Source: Fonticula-like sp. SCN 57-25 (taxonomy: Eukaryota). From it: a stretch of DNA of 43,137 bases. Location of the stretch: assembly GCA_001724245.1 (NCBI GenBank), contig MEDX01000025.1:1-43137 (forward strand). The letters run 5' to 3'. Positions 1 through 9,586 of this stretch are shown piece by piece. Made by a program: the position numbers and the translations under genes. The notes beneath the pieces were generated by a model, which was not told where the DNA came from, searched no databases, and saw only the letters and a program-made list of their open reading frames with translations. Positions within the stretch are counted from its first letter, which is position 1. Every line of letters starts with the position of its first letter.

Positions 1-3000
1 GGCGCTTATTATGCGATCGGCTCAGATTGAGCGTGTCATGGAGGACGACGTTGATTCCATCGTCCGCATCATTCGGACGGCCGGCCGACGCTGGCTGGCG
101 CCGTACCTCGCACGCCTCGCCATCGACAGTACGATCAAGCATGCGATTTTCTTTTCTAATATTTATGGTTATCAGAAAACAAGGCAATGATCCCGAACAG
201 CGCTTTCTTCGAGTCAGAGTTGGCGGGGCGAATCGGCCAAACTATTCAGGCGATGACGTCCCTCATGTTGCTGGGTCGCTTTGCCGAGCGCTTTGTTGTT
301 TCGGTATGAGCGCGCCTTTTTTTACTTTCTGTCCTGACAGTGGTGTAGGCGACGAGCGTAGCTGCGCAATTTTGCTTTCAGTCGGTCTGCAGAGTGCTGC
401 AAGTCGCGGCATGCGAGATGCTCTGCACGGCCTTTCGTATTGATGCTCTGCACGGCCTTTCGTATTATGCCGTCTCAGCGCGATGCCATCTTTGTCGAGA
501 CACTGGGCGCCTGGACACCAGGAATCGAATCCGTAAAGTCATTAGAGTGCGTCTCTTTCTTGTGCGCCAAACAATTACTTATACATCTTTAGCGCCCCCG
601 CGTCCATCTGCGTCGTGCTCATGCTAAACATGATCCAATCGATTGCCGTCGCGTCGAGCGACAGCCTCACGCCAGACCGCAACGCGCCGATGGATGAAGT
701 ACTTCACCACGCGACCACGATTGTAAAGTGCGTCATGGACACGCTGCTACCCAACGGGTCCGAGGCCCTCGTGCTCGCCATCGTAGGCGACCTCTTGACC
801 CTCATGGACATGCCCGAGTTCCCCGCCGCAGAGATTATCCTGCATGTTTTGAGCGGCACCTTTTTGGCCGACGCGACGCTTCCCCTGTCGCTCGAGGTGT
901 TGGGCCTCGTGCTGGCGGGGCTCTACCGGCAGCCCGAGACGCGCGGGTGTCTGGCCTCTACGCCTGTGGACTTTGACCTGACCACCGTCGCCACTTGGCG
1001 GCTCGTTCGGACGCTTCTCCAAGGCCCCGCCTCTCACCATCTTGCCGCGCGCTTTCGCGTTTTCCAGCTGGCCTTTGATGCGTCGCGCGTGTCGTTCAAG
1101 GTGAACCCTCCTTCTTTTGATATTTTGCATCGTGTACTTTCCGAAGACACCGCCGGCAGCCTTCCTCCCGACGAGGTGTCCCCGCCGCCGCCAACGAGCC
1201 ACTCGCTGCTCATGCTTCGCCAGTTTCGAGCACTGGCGCAGAATGCCGACACCTTGGTTGAGTGCCTGCTGCGCGCCTCGGGCGACAAGACGCCGTCGGT
1301 TCGGCAGCGCGCAATGGTGGCCCTGGGCCGTGCTGTGAGCGCCTGGCCGCAGCTGTTGGACGATCCGCGAGTTCAGTCGTGCGTGGAAGCCCGCATGGTT
1401 GACGTCAAGACCGCCGTTCGGCACCGCGCCGTCGCGGTCGTCGCCGGCTACCTTCACACAACAAACGCCGTGCAGCACGCACTCTTCCGCCCCTTCAAGC
1501 AGCGGCTTCGCGATGTCACAGTCTCGGTCAGCAAGGCGGTCATCGACGTCCTCGCGTCGCTTGTCAGTGCCAAGCGGCTGGCACTCTCGGATATCTCCCT
1601 GGACATGCTCACGGTGGCCGCGGGCGGAGAGGAGAGCGCCCAAGAGCAGGCCCAAAAGGTGCTTGTCGACCTTTTCCTCGGCACCGCTGCCAACGACCGT
1701 GAAGACTCGCGCGTCTCGTTTGCCCAGCTTCCTGCCGACGCGCGTCTGTACATTGCGCAGGTCCTCGAGGCGCTTGATGCAGCCCTGGTCGAGGCACCTG
1801 CCGCTGCTCCTGCTCTGTTGCTCCACTTTTTCCAGCGTGCGTGTGTCCCGCCTCCTCGCAAGGGCCAGGCTCCTGGCGCGCTGGCGTCGAGGGCGGCCCA
1901 AAACACCGTCGGCGTCACGCGACTCGCGGCGGCATGCCTTGATAGGGCCATCCACTTTGCAGCGCCTGTTGCCGCGGGCGACGGGGCACAACTGCAGGCG
2001 AGCCCCGAGCTACTGCGTGCGATTGAGGTTCTCCATGTGCTCGGCACCGCGCACCCGCCGGCCATGGCGCCGCACTTGAGCGCTCTGGTGTCCCTGTCGG
2101 AGAATCCTCGCCAGCTGAGCAGCGATGCCGTGTGCCAGCTTGCCGAGCTGCTGCGCCGCGTGCTGCAGGATGTCGACGCGCCCGATGACCACTTGCTAGA
2201 GACACTCGTCCTTCGCCTTCATCAGCTTGTTGACCGGCCGCAGCGCGTGCTTGAGGCGGTCATTCCCACCATGTGCACCGCCATTAATCTCCGGCGCTCC
2301 TCTGCGGTTCGCAAGGCTCTGAGCCAAGGAAAGAACGATCAGCCGCTGCGCGCCGTCGGCCACTGGCTCGCCACTGTCGTCTCGGCGGCCTCGGCTGCAA
2401 ACACCCCGGTCGAGGCGAGCATCAAGCTCGGCCGGCTTTTCTTCCTCGCTGCTTTGGTCGCGCGCTTCCTTTCGAACGAAAAGCAGAGCATTCTGACGAA
2501 CGGAACTAAACCGGTCGCTATCTTGCTTGCTGCGTTTAATGTTCTGGACCGGCTTTCGACCGGCCCCCGCGACGGCGTGTTGCAGTCGACGGCACTGCAG
2601 CAGCTGAGCAAGACGAGCCTGACCGCGCTCGGCTACATCATTGCGCGGCAGCCCAGCCTGATTGACAAGACCAAGGCGTACACGAGCGCCCTTCGCGCCG
2701 ATTCTTCCACTGAGCTTCAAAAGACCGCCGTGGTCGGCCTGACGCGTCTCCTTGAGCACGCAAGATCTCTTCAAGAGGCGCGGCAGCTGGCGACGCCAAA
2801 CAAGGTGTCCATGGACGAAGTCGGCGACGCGAATGCCCTGCGCGGCCCCGTCAAGGCACCGGGCGGCAGCGCGGAAGAGGACGATGCCGTGCTTGGCGCC
2901 CGCGTGGCAAACTATTTTGCCGACGTCCAGCCATTGTTACTTTCGTCTGACGCTGCCCTGCGCGAGCGCGCGCTTGTTCTCGTTGGCAAGCTCAAGGCAG

Positions 3001-4169
3001 AGCGGCACGTCTTCCCCGGCAAGGCATTTGCCGAGCTCGTCGCCCTTTCGACCGACTCTGCGCGGACGTCGGTGAGCCGCCACGCCGCCGAGCTGGTGAT
3101 ACAGCACGGCGGAAGCAGCCCGGCCGAGGCCGCTTTGGTTGCCTTTCACTTTAACGTGTCGGTGCTGGGCAACCCGCTGCCGTGCGGCCACCGCCTCGTG
3201 TCACCGCAGAGCTTTGAGGTGCGCTCGCAGCTCGCGGCGCTCCTTCCGCCCAAGAAAGGCCAGGCGCGTGCGGCGGTCGTTCGTGACCTTGCGGCGCTTT
3301 TCGGCTCGGTCCACCGCCTATCCGCGTCGTTTATCGGCACGCGCGCCGCCCAAGTGCGGTCCCGCGTGCTGCCGCGTGCGCCTTTAACCGACTCTGTGGC
3401 TCTCCCGACATGCGCGCTTGTCACATTCCTCGCAGAGGCCGTCGCGCCGCTCCCGCTGCGGCCCGATGAGTGCACCCTTTTGATTGATTCGATCTCGCGC
3501 GCGCTATCGAGCGCGTCGCCGCCGTCCTACGACTCGACCGAAGGGCTGGACGACGCGCTGACGCTGGTCGCCCTCGCGCGGCTAAAGGCGTCTCTGCACG
3601 TTCGCGCGGCGCGCGCTGGAGCGGTCGAGTGCCTGTTGGACGTTCAGGCCGTCCGCGCGCTGCAATCCGTGTGGATGCAGCAGCGCGAGCTGGCGACCGT
3701 CGCGGAAGGCGCGCGGGCGCTGTACGTCGAGCACGTCGAGGGCGGCGACATGGAGCCTGTGTCTGTTCGCCGCGGCGGCGCCGGCAAGCCTCGCAAGCGC
3801 ACGGGCAGTGGTCAGGGCGCGGCGCGCAAAAAGGGCCGCTCCAAGCGCGGCGACTATTTCGACGACGACGAAGACGAAGACGAAGACGACGAGGCGCTTG
3901 ATAATAGCGACGAGGAAGAGGCGGTCGCGGAAGACGACTACGAGACAGACGACGATTTCGAAGACTCGCCGCCCACGCGAACTATGCCGGCGCGCAGCAC
4001 ACGCGGGGTCCGCCGCGCGTACCGCGAGGAGGACTCGGACGACGACCTTGAGGTGGACGAGCTCGGTGGCGAGGTGAAAACGCCGCCGAAAAAGGCGCCG
4101 CGAAAGGCGCCGGCGGGCAAGAAGCAGCAGCCAAAGGCCATCGCGGTCATCGATGACGTTGACTTTTAG
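1..4169 (+). CDS. NIPBL: Cohesin loader Nipped-B/Scc2 (HEAT repeats), 5'-partial; introns at about 130-175, 304-348 and 547-592; frameshifted by a 25-bp duplication at 417-466
   Basis: The HEAT core 'DKTPSVRQRAMVAL...VEARMVDVKTAVRHRAV' resembles Scc2/NIPBL. With one duplicate copy removed, the upstream exons read 'LQVAACEMLCTAFRIMPSQRDAIF' and 'ICVVLMLNMIQS', also NIPBL-like. The C-tail is acidic/basic. Confidence 0.82.
417..466 (+). repeat. Perfect 25-bp tandem duplication GATGCTCTGCACGGCCTTTCGTATT x2
   Basis: Seen directly at 417-441 and 442-466. Confidence 0.97.
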
Positions 4170-4283
4170 TATCTTTATTTGTACAATGATGACTGTATAT
4201 ATACTTTTCCAAAATTAAATGAATGCAGTTTCGGTAAGATCAACTGATATATTTTATCGCTACAAGTTTATGTTTCAAAAGAG

Positions 4284-4421
4284 TTTCCCGCCCGTTTTTG
4301 ATAATTGGCGCGAAAGTGGACGCTTGCCCAAAGTGAATTCGCGTTCGACAATACGCTTCCCGCCAAATGCCGGCTTGGTATATATAGGCCCCGCATATTC
4401 GTATGTGTGTGCGCGCGGGAA
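4284..4421. promoter_or_regulatory. Cluster of E2F-type sites plus a TATA-like element upstream of the qRRM gene
   Basis: TTTCCCGC (4284), TTGGCGCGAAA (4305), TTCCCGCCAAA (4357), GCGCGGGAA (4413); TATATATA at 4379-4386. Confidence 0.55.
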
Positions 4422-4460
4422 GAGAGGTTTACCAGACCAGTTCAAGGAATACTAAGAGGA

Positions 4461-5536
4461 ATGTCGCGCAGGGTGCAGGAAAGCGCCCTTATCAAGCTCG
4501 CGGGCCTTCCCTTTTCTGCTCGGTGCGCCGTCGCTTCCGTGTTTGCTGCTGTGCTAACCAAGCATATAGGGAAAATGACGTGCGGTCGTTCTTGAGCAAC
4601 ATTTCTGTCCGGCGGATCCACTTTACGTTGGACGAGAATGGAAAGACGTCGGGCGACGCGTACGTGGAGCTTGAGGACAGCGCGGACAAGGCGATGGTCC
4701 GTCTCTATGACATGCGTAGCCTTGGCGACCGCTACGTGCGCGTGCTGAGCGGCACGCGCGCCAAGCTGACGGACGCGCTCTTTCCCGCCGGCGACGGCGT
4801 CTGGATATCGCGCACGCATGTGAACCAGCTCTCTATGATGCTGCGCGCGTCCAACCGCAAGATACCCGAGCGCGGCTTTGAGCTGGTGTGGAGCATGCTG
4901 CTGTTCATGCCGTGGAACGCTGCTTCGTCGGCGGCGCGAGACCAGATGGTTGGCCTCGCGCGCCTCGCCCTCAACCAGAGCAACCGTGCGCTCGAGGCAG
5001 GACACCTCTCGATGGAATTTGTCGTGGGCTTTCGTGACAGCTACCTCGACGTGCCGACCCTGACCGCCCGCCAGCGCGCATTTGTAGAGGAACATGTGAT
5101 TGGCGGGGAATCGGGTAGGGACAGCAGCCCGCCGGCGGATGCGCAGACCGCCTTTCGCTCGCTCTCCATGGCGGACACATGGACATTGCCGCTCGTGTTT
5201 GACCTGTGGAGCGATGTGGTTGGCCAGCCGGCGGCCGGTGCGCCGCCCGTGACGCCCGCTCGCGATAGCAGCCAGCGCCACGCGACTGTCGGCTCGCCGG
5301 GCAGCAGCAGCGAAGGCAGCTCTTACTACAGCTGCGGCTCGGCGTCGACGGCGCCTTCGTCCGAATCGCCGTGGGACAGCGACCGTGCGCCCGCATCAAC
5401 CGCGACACCGTCGTCGCCCTCGGAGACGGCGCTCCTCAAGAGCCAGCTCAACGCCGCGCTCGACCGGTGCCAGTACTTGGAATCCATCCTGCGGTCGACG
5501 CACAAGGAGCTGGTGGAGGCGCGGCTGCGGCGCTGA
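4461..5536 (+). CDS. Quasi-RRM (hnRNP F/H/ESRP-type) RNA-binding protein with a helical middle domain, Ser-rich linker and C-terminal coiled coil; intron 4523-4569
   Basis: The spliced N-terminus 'LIKLAGLPFSARENDVRSFL...GKTSGDAYVEL...LGDRYVRV' carries qRRM signatures (LxGLPF, GxAyVEf, RYvxV). Confidence 0.75.
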
Positions 5537-5617
5537 GGAAATGTATAAAGGGCATATATTAAGAGTTTGGAAAGACAATAAAAACCGCTATGGCTGACAA
5601 TTTTGGTAAACTTTGGC

Positions 5618-6830
5618 TCACTGGCTGGTGCGCTTGAGGTTGATGACCTTGAGCTCCTCGTTGACATAGTCGCCGGCAAGCATGGCGGGGTACTTTGCGC
5701 GCGTCTCCTCGGTGGAGAACTTGCCGAGCGGCTCGAGCGTCTGGTCTGACGCAATGTGGAAGAAGAGCGTGGACGAGACGCGCCACGTGGGACGTCCGGC
5801 CGCCTTTTGGCGCTCGATGGCCTTGAGCGTGGCGGGCGTGCAGATGACCTCGTGGTAGCCAGCGTGGACGGCGTCGCCGGTGAGCCACTCAAGCTGCTTG
5901 CCTGCCTGGACCAGCAGGCAGCCGTCGGGGACGCTGACGCTCACCTTGGAGCCGTCGCGGCGCCACACAAAGAGGCCGGGGTACCGCGACTTGCCGTGGA
6001 TAGTCAAAAAGTTGAGGTCGTAGTGGAACCCGGCAAAGATCGCATCGAGGTTGTGGTGCTTGCCGAGGTCCGAGCCGGTCGGCGCAAGAAGGTGCGGGCC
6101 GAGCGCGCTGCGCTTGGTAAAGGCGTCGCGATCAAGGCCGAAGCCTAGCGCGGTCATCTCGGACACAGTGTGGACAGCGCTCAGCATCAGCTCGCCCCAC
6201 GTGTTCATCACGTTCTCAAACTGGGGAAAGTCTGAAAGTCAAAAGGTAAGCAAGCGGCGATACCCAAAAGTAGTCCACCGCGTACGCTTCGGGATAACGT
6301 GGGGGACGTTCAGCTCCTGGAACTTGGTCTCGGTGGGGCGCTCACCGATGCGCCAAAAGTACCGCCACTTGAGATCAGCCGCGAGCGGCAGGGTCGGCTT
6401 GCTCTCCGGGGCAAGCTTTACACAAAGCGTTTAGCGGCGCGCACACAGAGCAATGCACGCACCATTTCAATGATCTCGTCGCACGCGGGATCCGTGGCGC
6501 AACGCGGCACCTCGACATTCTCTGTGGAAAGAAGCAACAGTCAGAAGAGCAGGATGGCAAAAGAGAGCGCGTACCGGGGGTGGCGCCAACCTGGTAGGCG
6601 TACTCGGGGTGGATGTCGGGCTGCTTGGTCGCCTCGTCCTGGGCAAAGTAGTCCTCCATCATGTCGAGGAAGCGGTTGTTGTGATCCTCATGGACGCGCG
6701 GGTCGCGAATGATGAGAATACCCGTCTCCGCAAACACCTGAGCGACCCGCTCGCAGTCGGCCCGCGACTGGGCGCAATCGGGGTCGGCCAAAAAGGAGGC
6801 AAGATCGATCGTCGGCACCTGCATGGCCAT
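5618..6830 (-). CDS. 2-oxoglutarate/Fe(II) dioxygenase (IPNS/DIOX-like), 4 exons
   Basis: DIOX_N-like start 'VPTIDLASFL'; HxD motif 'FHYDLNFLT'; distal His 'AGYHEV'; RxS motif 'WRVSSTLF'. Confidence 0.88.
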
Positions 6831-7061
6831 GGCGTGCTGGGGTCGTGGCGGTGGTCCGAAGTGAAGGAATAACAAAAGCGCGGGAAAATTCACGACTCTG
6901 ATTTCCTAATCTGGAAATGGTGACAGCGCATTCTTTTACGTGTGGCAGCATTGTGGCAATATCACCCCCAACTTTCTGGATTTGAATCGTGCTCAGCGTG
7001 CTGGTGCATCCTCCCTTTCCGCTATCCGTCGCATCCGTCTGTGGTTGTCGACTTCGTTGCA

Positions 7062-7792
7062 ATGGTACGGGCGTGGCTCTGGCATCTGTGGGAGGGGGAG
7101 GGAGTCGCGGCGCACGCATCCTTGGAGGCAGAGCTCATTCCGGCGTCGGCGGATGCGGATGATGCCCAAGGGAGCGTGGATGAGCCGCTGGATGGATGGA
7201 CCGACGACCGCATGTGGGGTCAAGCGCATGATGATTATTTTTCGTCGCGCGTGGCCCCGTGCTGGCTCGCTCGGGCCCCGTCTTTGGTGGGATTTTTTGT
7301 GCTCTGTGACCTTGTCCTTTTGCCCATCTCGCGTTCGAATAACGTGGAAACTGACCCACATCGTCTGTGCAGGCCAACGACAAGGCGTACGAACTCCGCA
7401 CCCTCGGCAAGGATGAGCTCCTTAAGCGCCTCAAGGAGCTGAAGACGGAGCTTGCCAGCCTCCGTGTCGCTCAGGTCAGCGGCGGTGCTGCCTCGAAGCT
7501 CGCCAAGATGTGCGTTTTGTCCATTTCGATTTGGATTTGTCGCTGATTTCTTTTCTTTAGCAACTCGGTCCGCAAGGGTATTGCCCGCGTCCTCACCGTC
7601 ATCAACCAGACGCGCAAGGGCGAGCTCCGCAAGTTCTATGCCGGCAGCAAGTACCAGCCGACTGATCTCCGCGCCAAGAAGACCCGCGCTCTCCGCCGTG
7701 CCCTCACGAAGAACGAGCTGAACGCCGTCACGCTCAAGGAGAAGAAGAAGCAGCAGCACTTCCCCCAGCGCCGCTACGCTGTCAAGGCCTAA
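7062..7792 (+). CDS. RPL35: 60S ribosomal protein L35 (uL29); exons 7062-7064 (ATG only), 7373-7509, 7561-7792
   Basis: The spliced product is [63 protein letters not shown]...[15 protein letters not shown]...[10 protein letters not shown] pyrimidine tract lies upstream (about 7008-7020). Confidence 0.97.
7203..7365 (+). ncRNA. Candidate intronic structured RNA (possible C/D box snoRNA or splicing-control stem) in RPL35 intron 1
   Basis: ATGATGA (C-box-like) at 7228-7234 and CTGA at 7351-7354. ATGTGGG(G)TCA (7212-7222) is complementary to TGACCCACAT (7352-7361). The intron is 308 nt versus about 50 nt typical. Confidence 0.35.
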
Positions 7793-7892
7793 ATGTGCGG
7801 TGTACAAATGTGAATGAAGCGGTGTTTGATTATTTTCTTTATTGATCTGTTGCCTTTCTCTACACACATTGCCCATGCGAATATCCAAAATG

Positions 7893-9392
7893 CTAGTTGC
7901 TGCTCTCAGTTACGGCGGTGTTCCCGTTGCCGCCCGCGAGAGAAAGCTCGGATAGCGATACGTCCACCTCGGTCGTTGCCGGGTCCAACCACACACGATA
8001 AGAAACCTGCTTGCTCCTTGTCCACGAAAACGAATTGTCAAACACAAAGGTAAACTTGCCCGGGTCGACGGCCACGCTACCCGACACGGCCTCCCTCGCG
8101 GCCGACACGCGGCCCGTCCCGTGGATCACTGACGAGCCCTGGCGCACCGCAAAGTCGATATCATGCGCGTCCGTCTGGAATACCCAGCGGAGATGGCCTC
8201 CCTCGGGAGCTGCGCACGATCTCGTCAGCATACCGTGTGCATAGAAGCAGAAAATTCCTCCCATGCGTACCGTCAAAGTGGTGCAGGTGGGAGCTGCCTG
8301 CGCGAACGTTGACGTGCACCTGGTCGTCAATCTCGAGGCGGTCGGAGAGAATGTGCTCGGGAAGCATTGCGCCGCAGGCCGGAATCCTTGTGCGGCACTC
8401 TGGGTCGCCGTCGACAATGGCCGATCCGCCGTACATGGCGGGAATTTGTTCGTCGTCAATATACTGGCGCAGCACAGAGAGGTGGTCCGGCCCGGCAAAC
8501 ACAAACTTGGCGCGCGTGCGCTCGTCGAGGTACTTGCTGGCAATGCCCCACGCGTACTGGAAGATGGACGGCGCGCGGATGATCACGTTGGTCTTTAGCC
8601 GCTCGGGGTAGTGATCCTCCTGGATGCGGAGGACGCTCCCCAAAAGGCTGAACGCGCTCGGCACGCACTGCCGCATGCCCAGTCCGGCGAGGTCGGTGAT
8701 CACAAAGAGGCGCCGGAAGGGGCGCTTCTCCTCGCACGAGCGCGTATCGAGCCGGCGGACGAGCAGCTCCTGACGCCATGCAGCAACCTGGCGCGCCCAT
8801 CAGCATCGCGAAAAGACATTGGGTAAGCGTACCTTGCGAACAAAATCAGAAGGAAAGCCGTTGCAGATACCAGAGGGATCAACGAGGCCAAGGCGACTGT
8901 ACACGACCAGATCGCCATCCTTGTCCTGGCCAAACGCGCCTGGGAGATGTGTCAGCAGGACCGAACGGCTATCAAAAGACAACGCACCGCCGGGCATGTA
9001 GATGCCATTGATGTACTTTGGCGGCGTGAATGTGTCCAGCAGCGTGTCAATGTCGTTGGCGATGCGCCATTGGTGGCTCACGTTGACCATCTCGCCGGCC
9101 TTTTCGAAATCAAACTTGCGCGCCGTCAAGAAGAGCAGCAGCGTGCGGTTCGAAAAGTAGGCGCAGTCCTTCACGGCCGGGTACTTTTCATCAATATATT
9201 CCCTAAACTGCAATTCGGCACGAGAAAAGTGCAAAGGCGCATCGTGAGCCGGGTACTGCGGGGAAGAAAACAAAAACTGCGCACCTTGAGTACCGACTCG
9301 ATCTGCTCGGGTGTGTCGGCCACCGGAAGCGTCTTGAGATACTCTTCATCCGGCTTTGGCGGGATGTTGTACGTAACAAGGGGAGACGACAT
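7893..9392 (-). CDS. SEC14-like lipid-binding protein (CRAL-TRIO_N, CRAL-TRIO and GOLD domains), 5 exons
   Basis: 'LLLFLTARKFDFEKAGEM', 'GQDKDG', 'EDHYPERL...IIRAPSIFQYAW...LDERTRAK', 'IPAMYGG'; GOLD-like 'WVFQTDAHDIDF...FDNSFSWTRSK'. Confidence 0.92.
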
Positions 9393-9518
9393 GCTGCCGA
9401 TCTGCGCCTGCCCGACGGCGAGAAAATACTGAGTGCTCCCTTTAGTGCAGGACGACGCGCCCTGTGTTGTGGCACCTTCCAAAAAGGAGGCAAGGAACCA
9501 ATCAAAACACCCAGCGAA

Positions 9519-9563
9519 AAGATTGCAGCCCAGTTTGCAGGTCAGTTTGCAACCCAGTTTGCG
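9519..9563. promoter_or_regulatory. CAGTTTGC(A/G) motif array with 12-bp period in the SEC14/RRP6 bidirectional promoter
   Basis: Copies at 9531, 9543 and 9555, with a degenerate copy at 9519; CCAAT at 9498. Confidence 0.6.
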
Positions 9564-9586
9564 CTTGTCCACGTGGTTGTTCGAGC

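Noticed and set aside
437..461. 25-nt micro-intron rescuing the NIPBL duplication
   Set aside because: The only GT-starting window ends in TC, not AG, and has no branch site.
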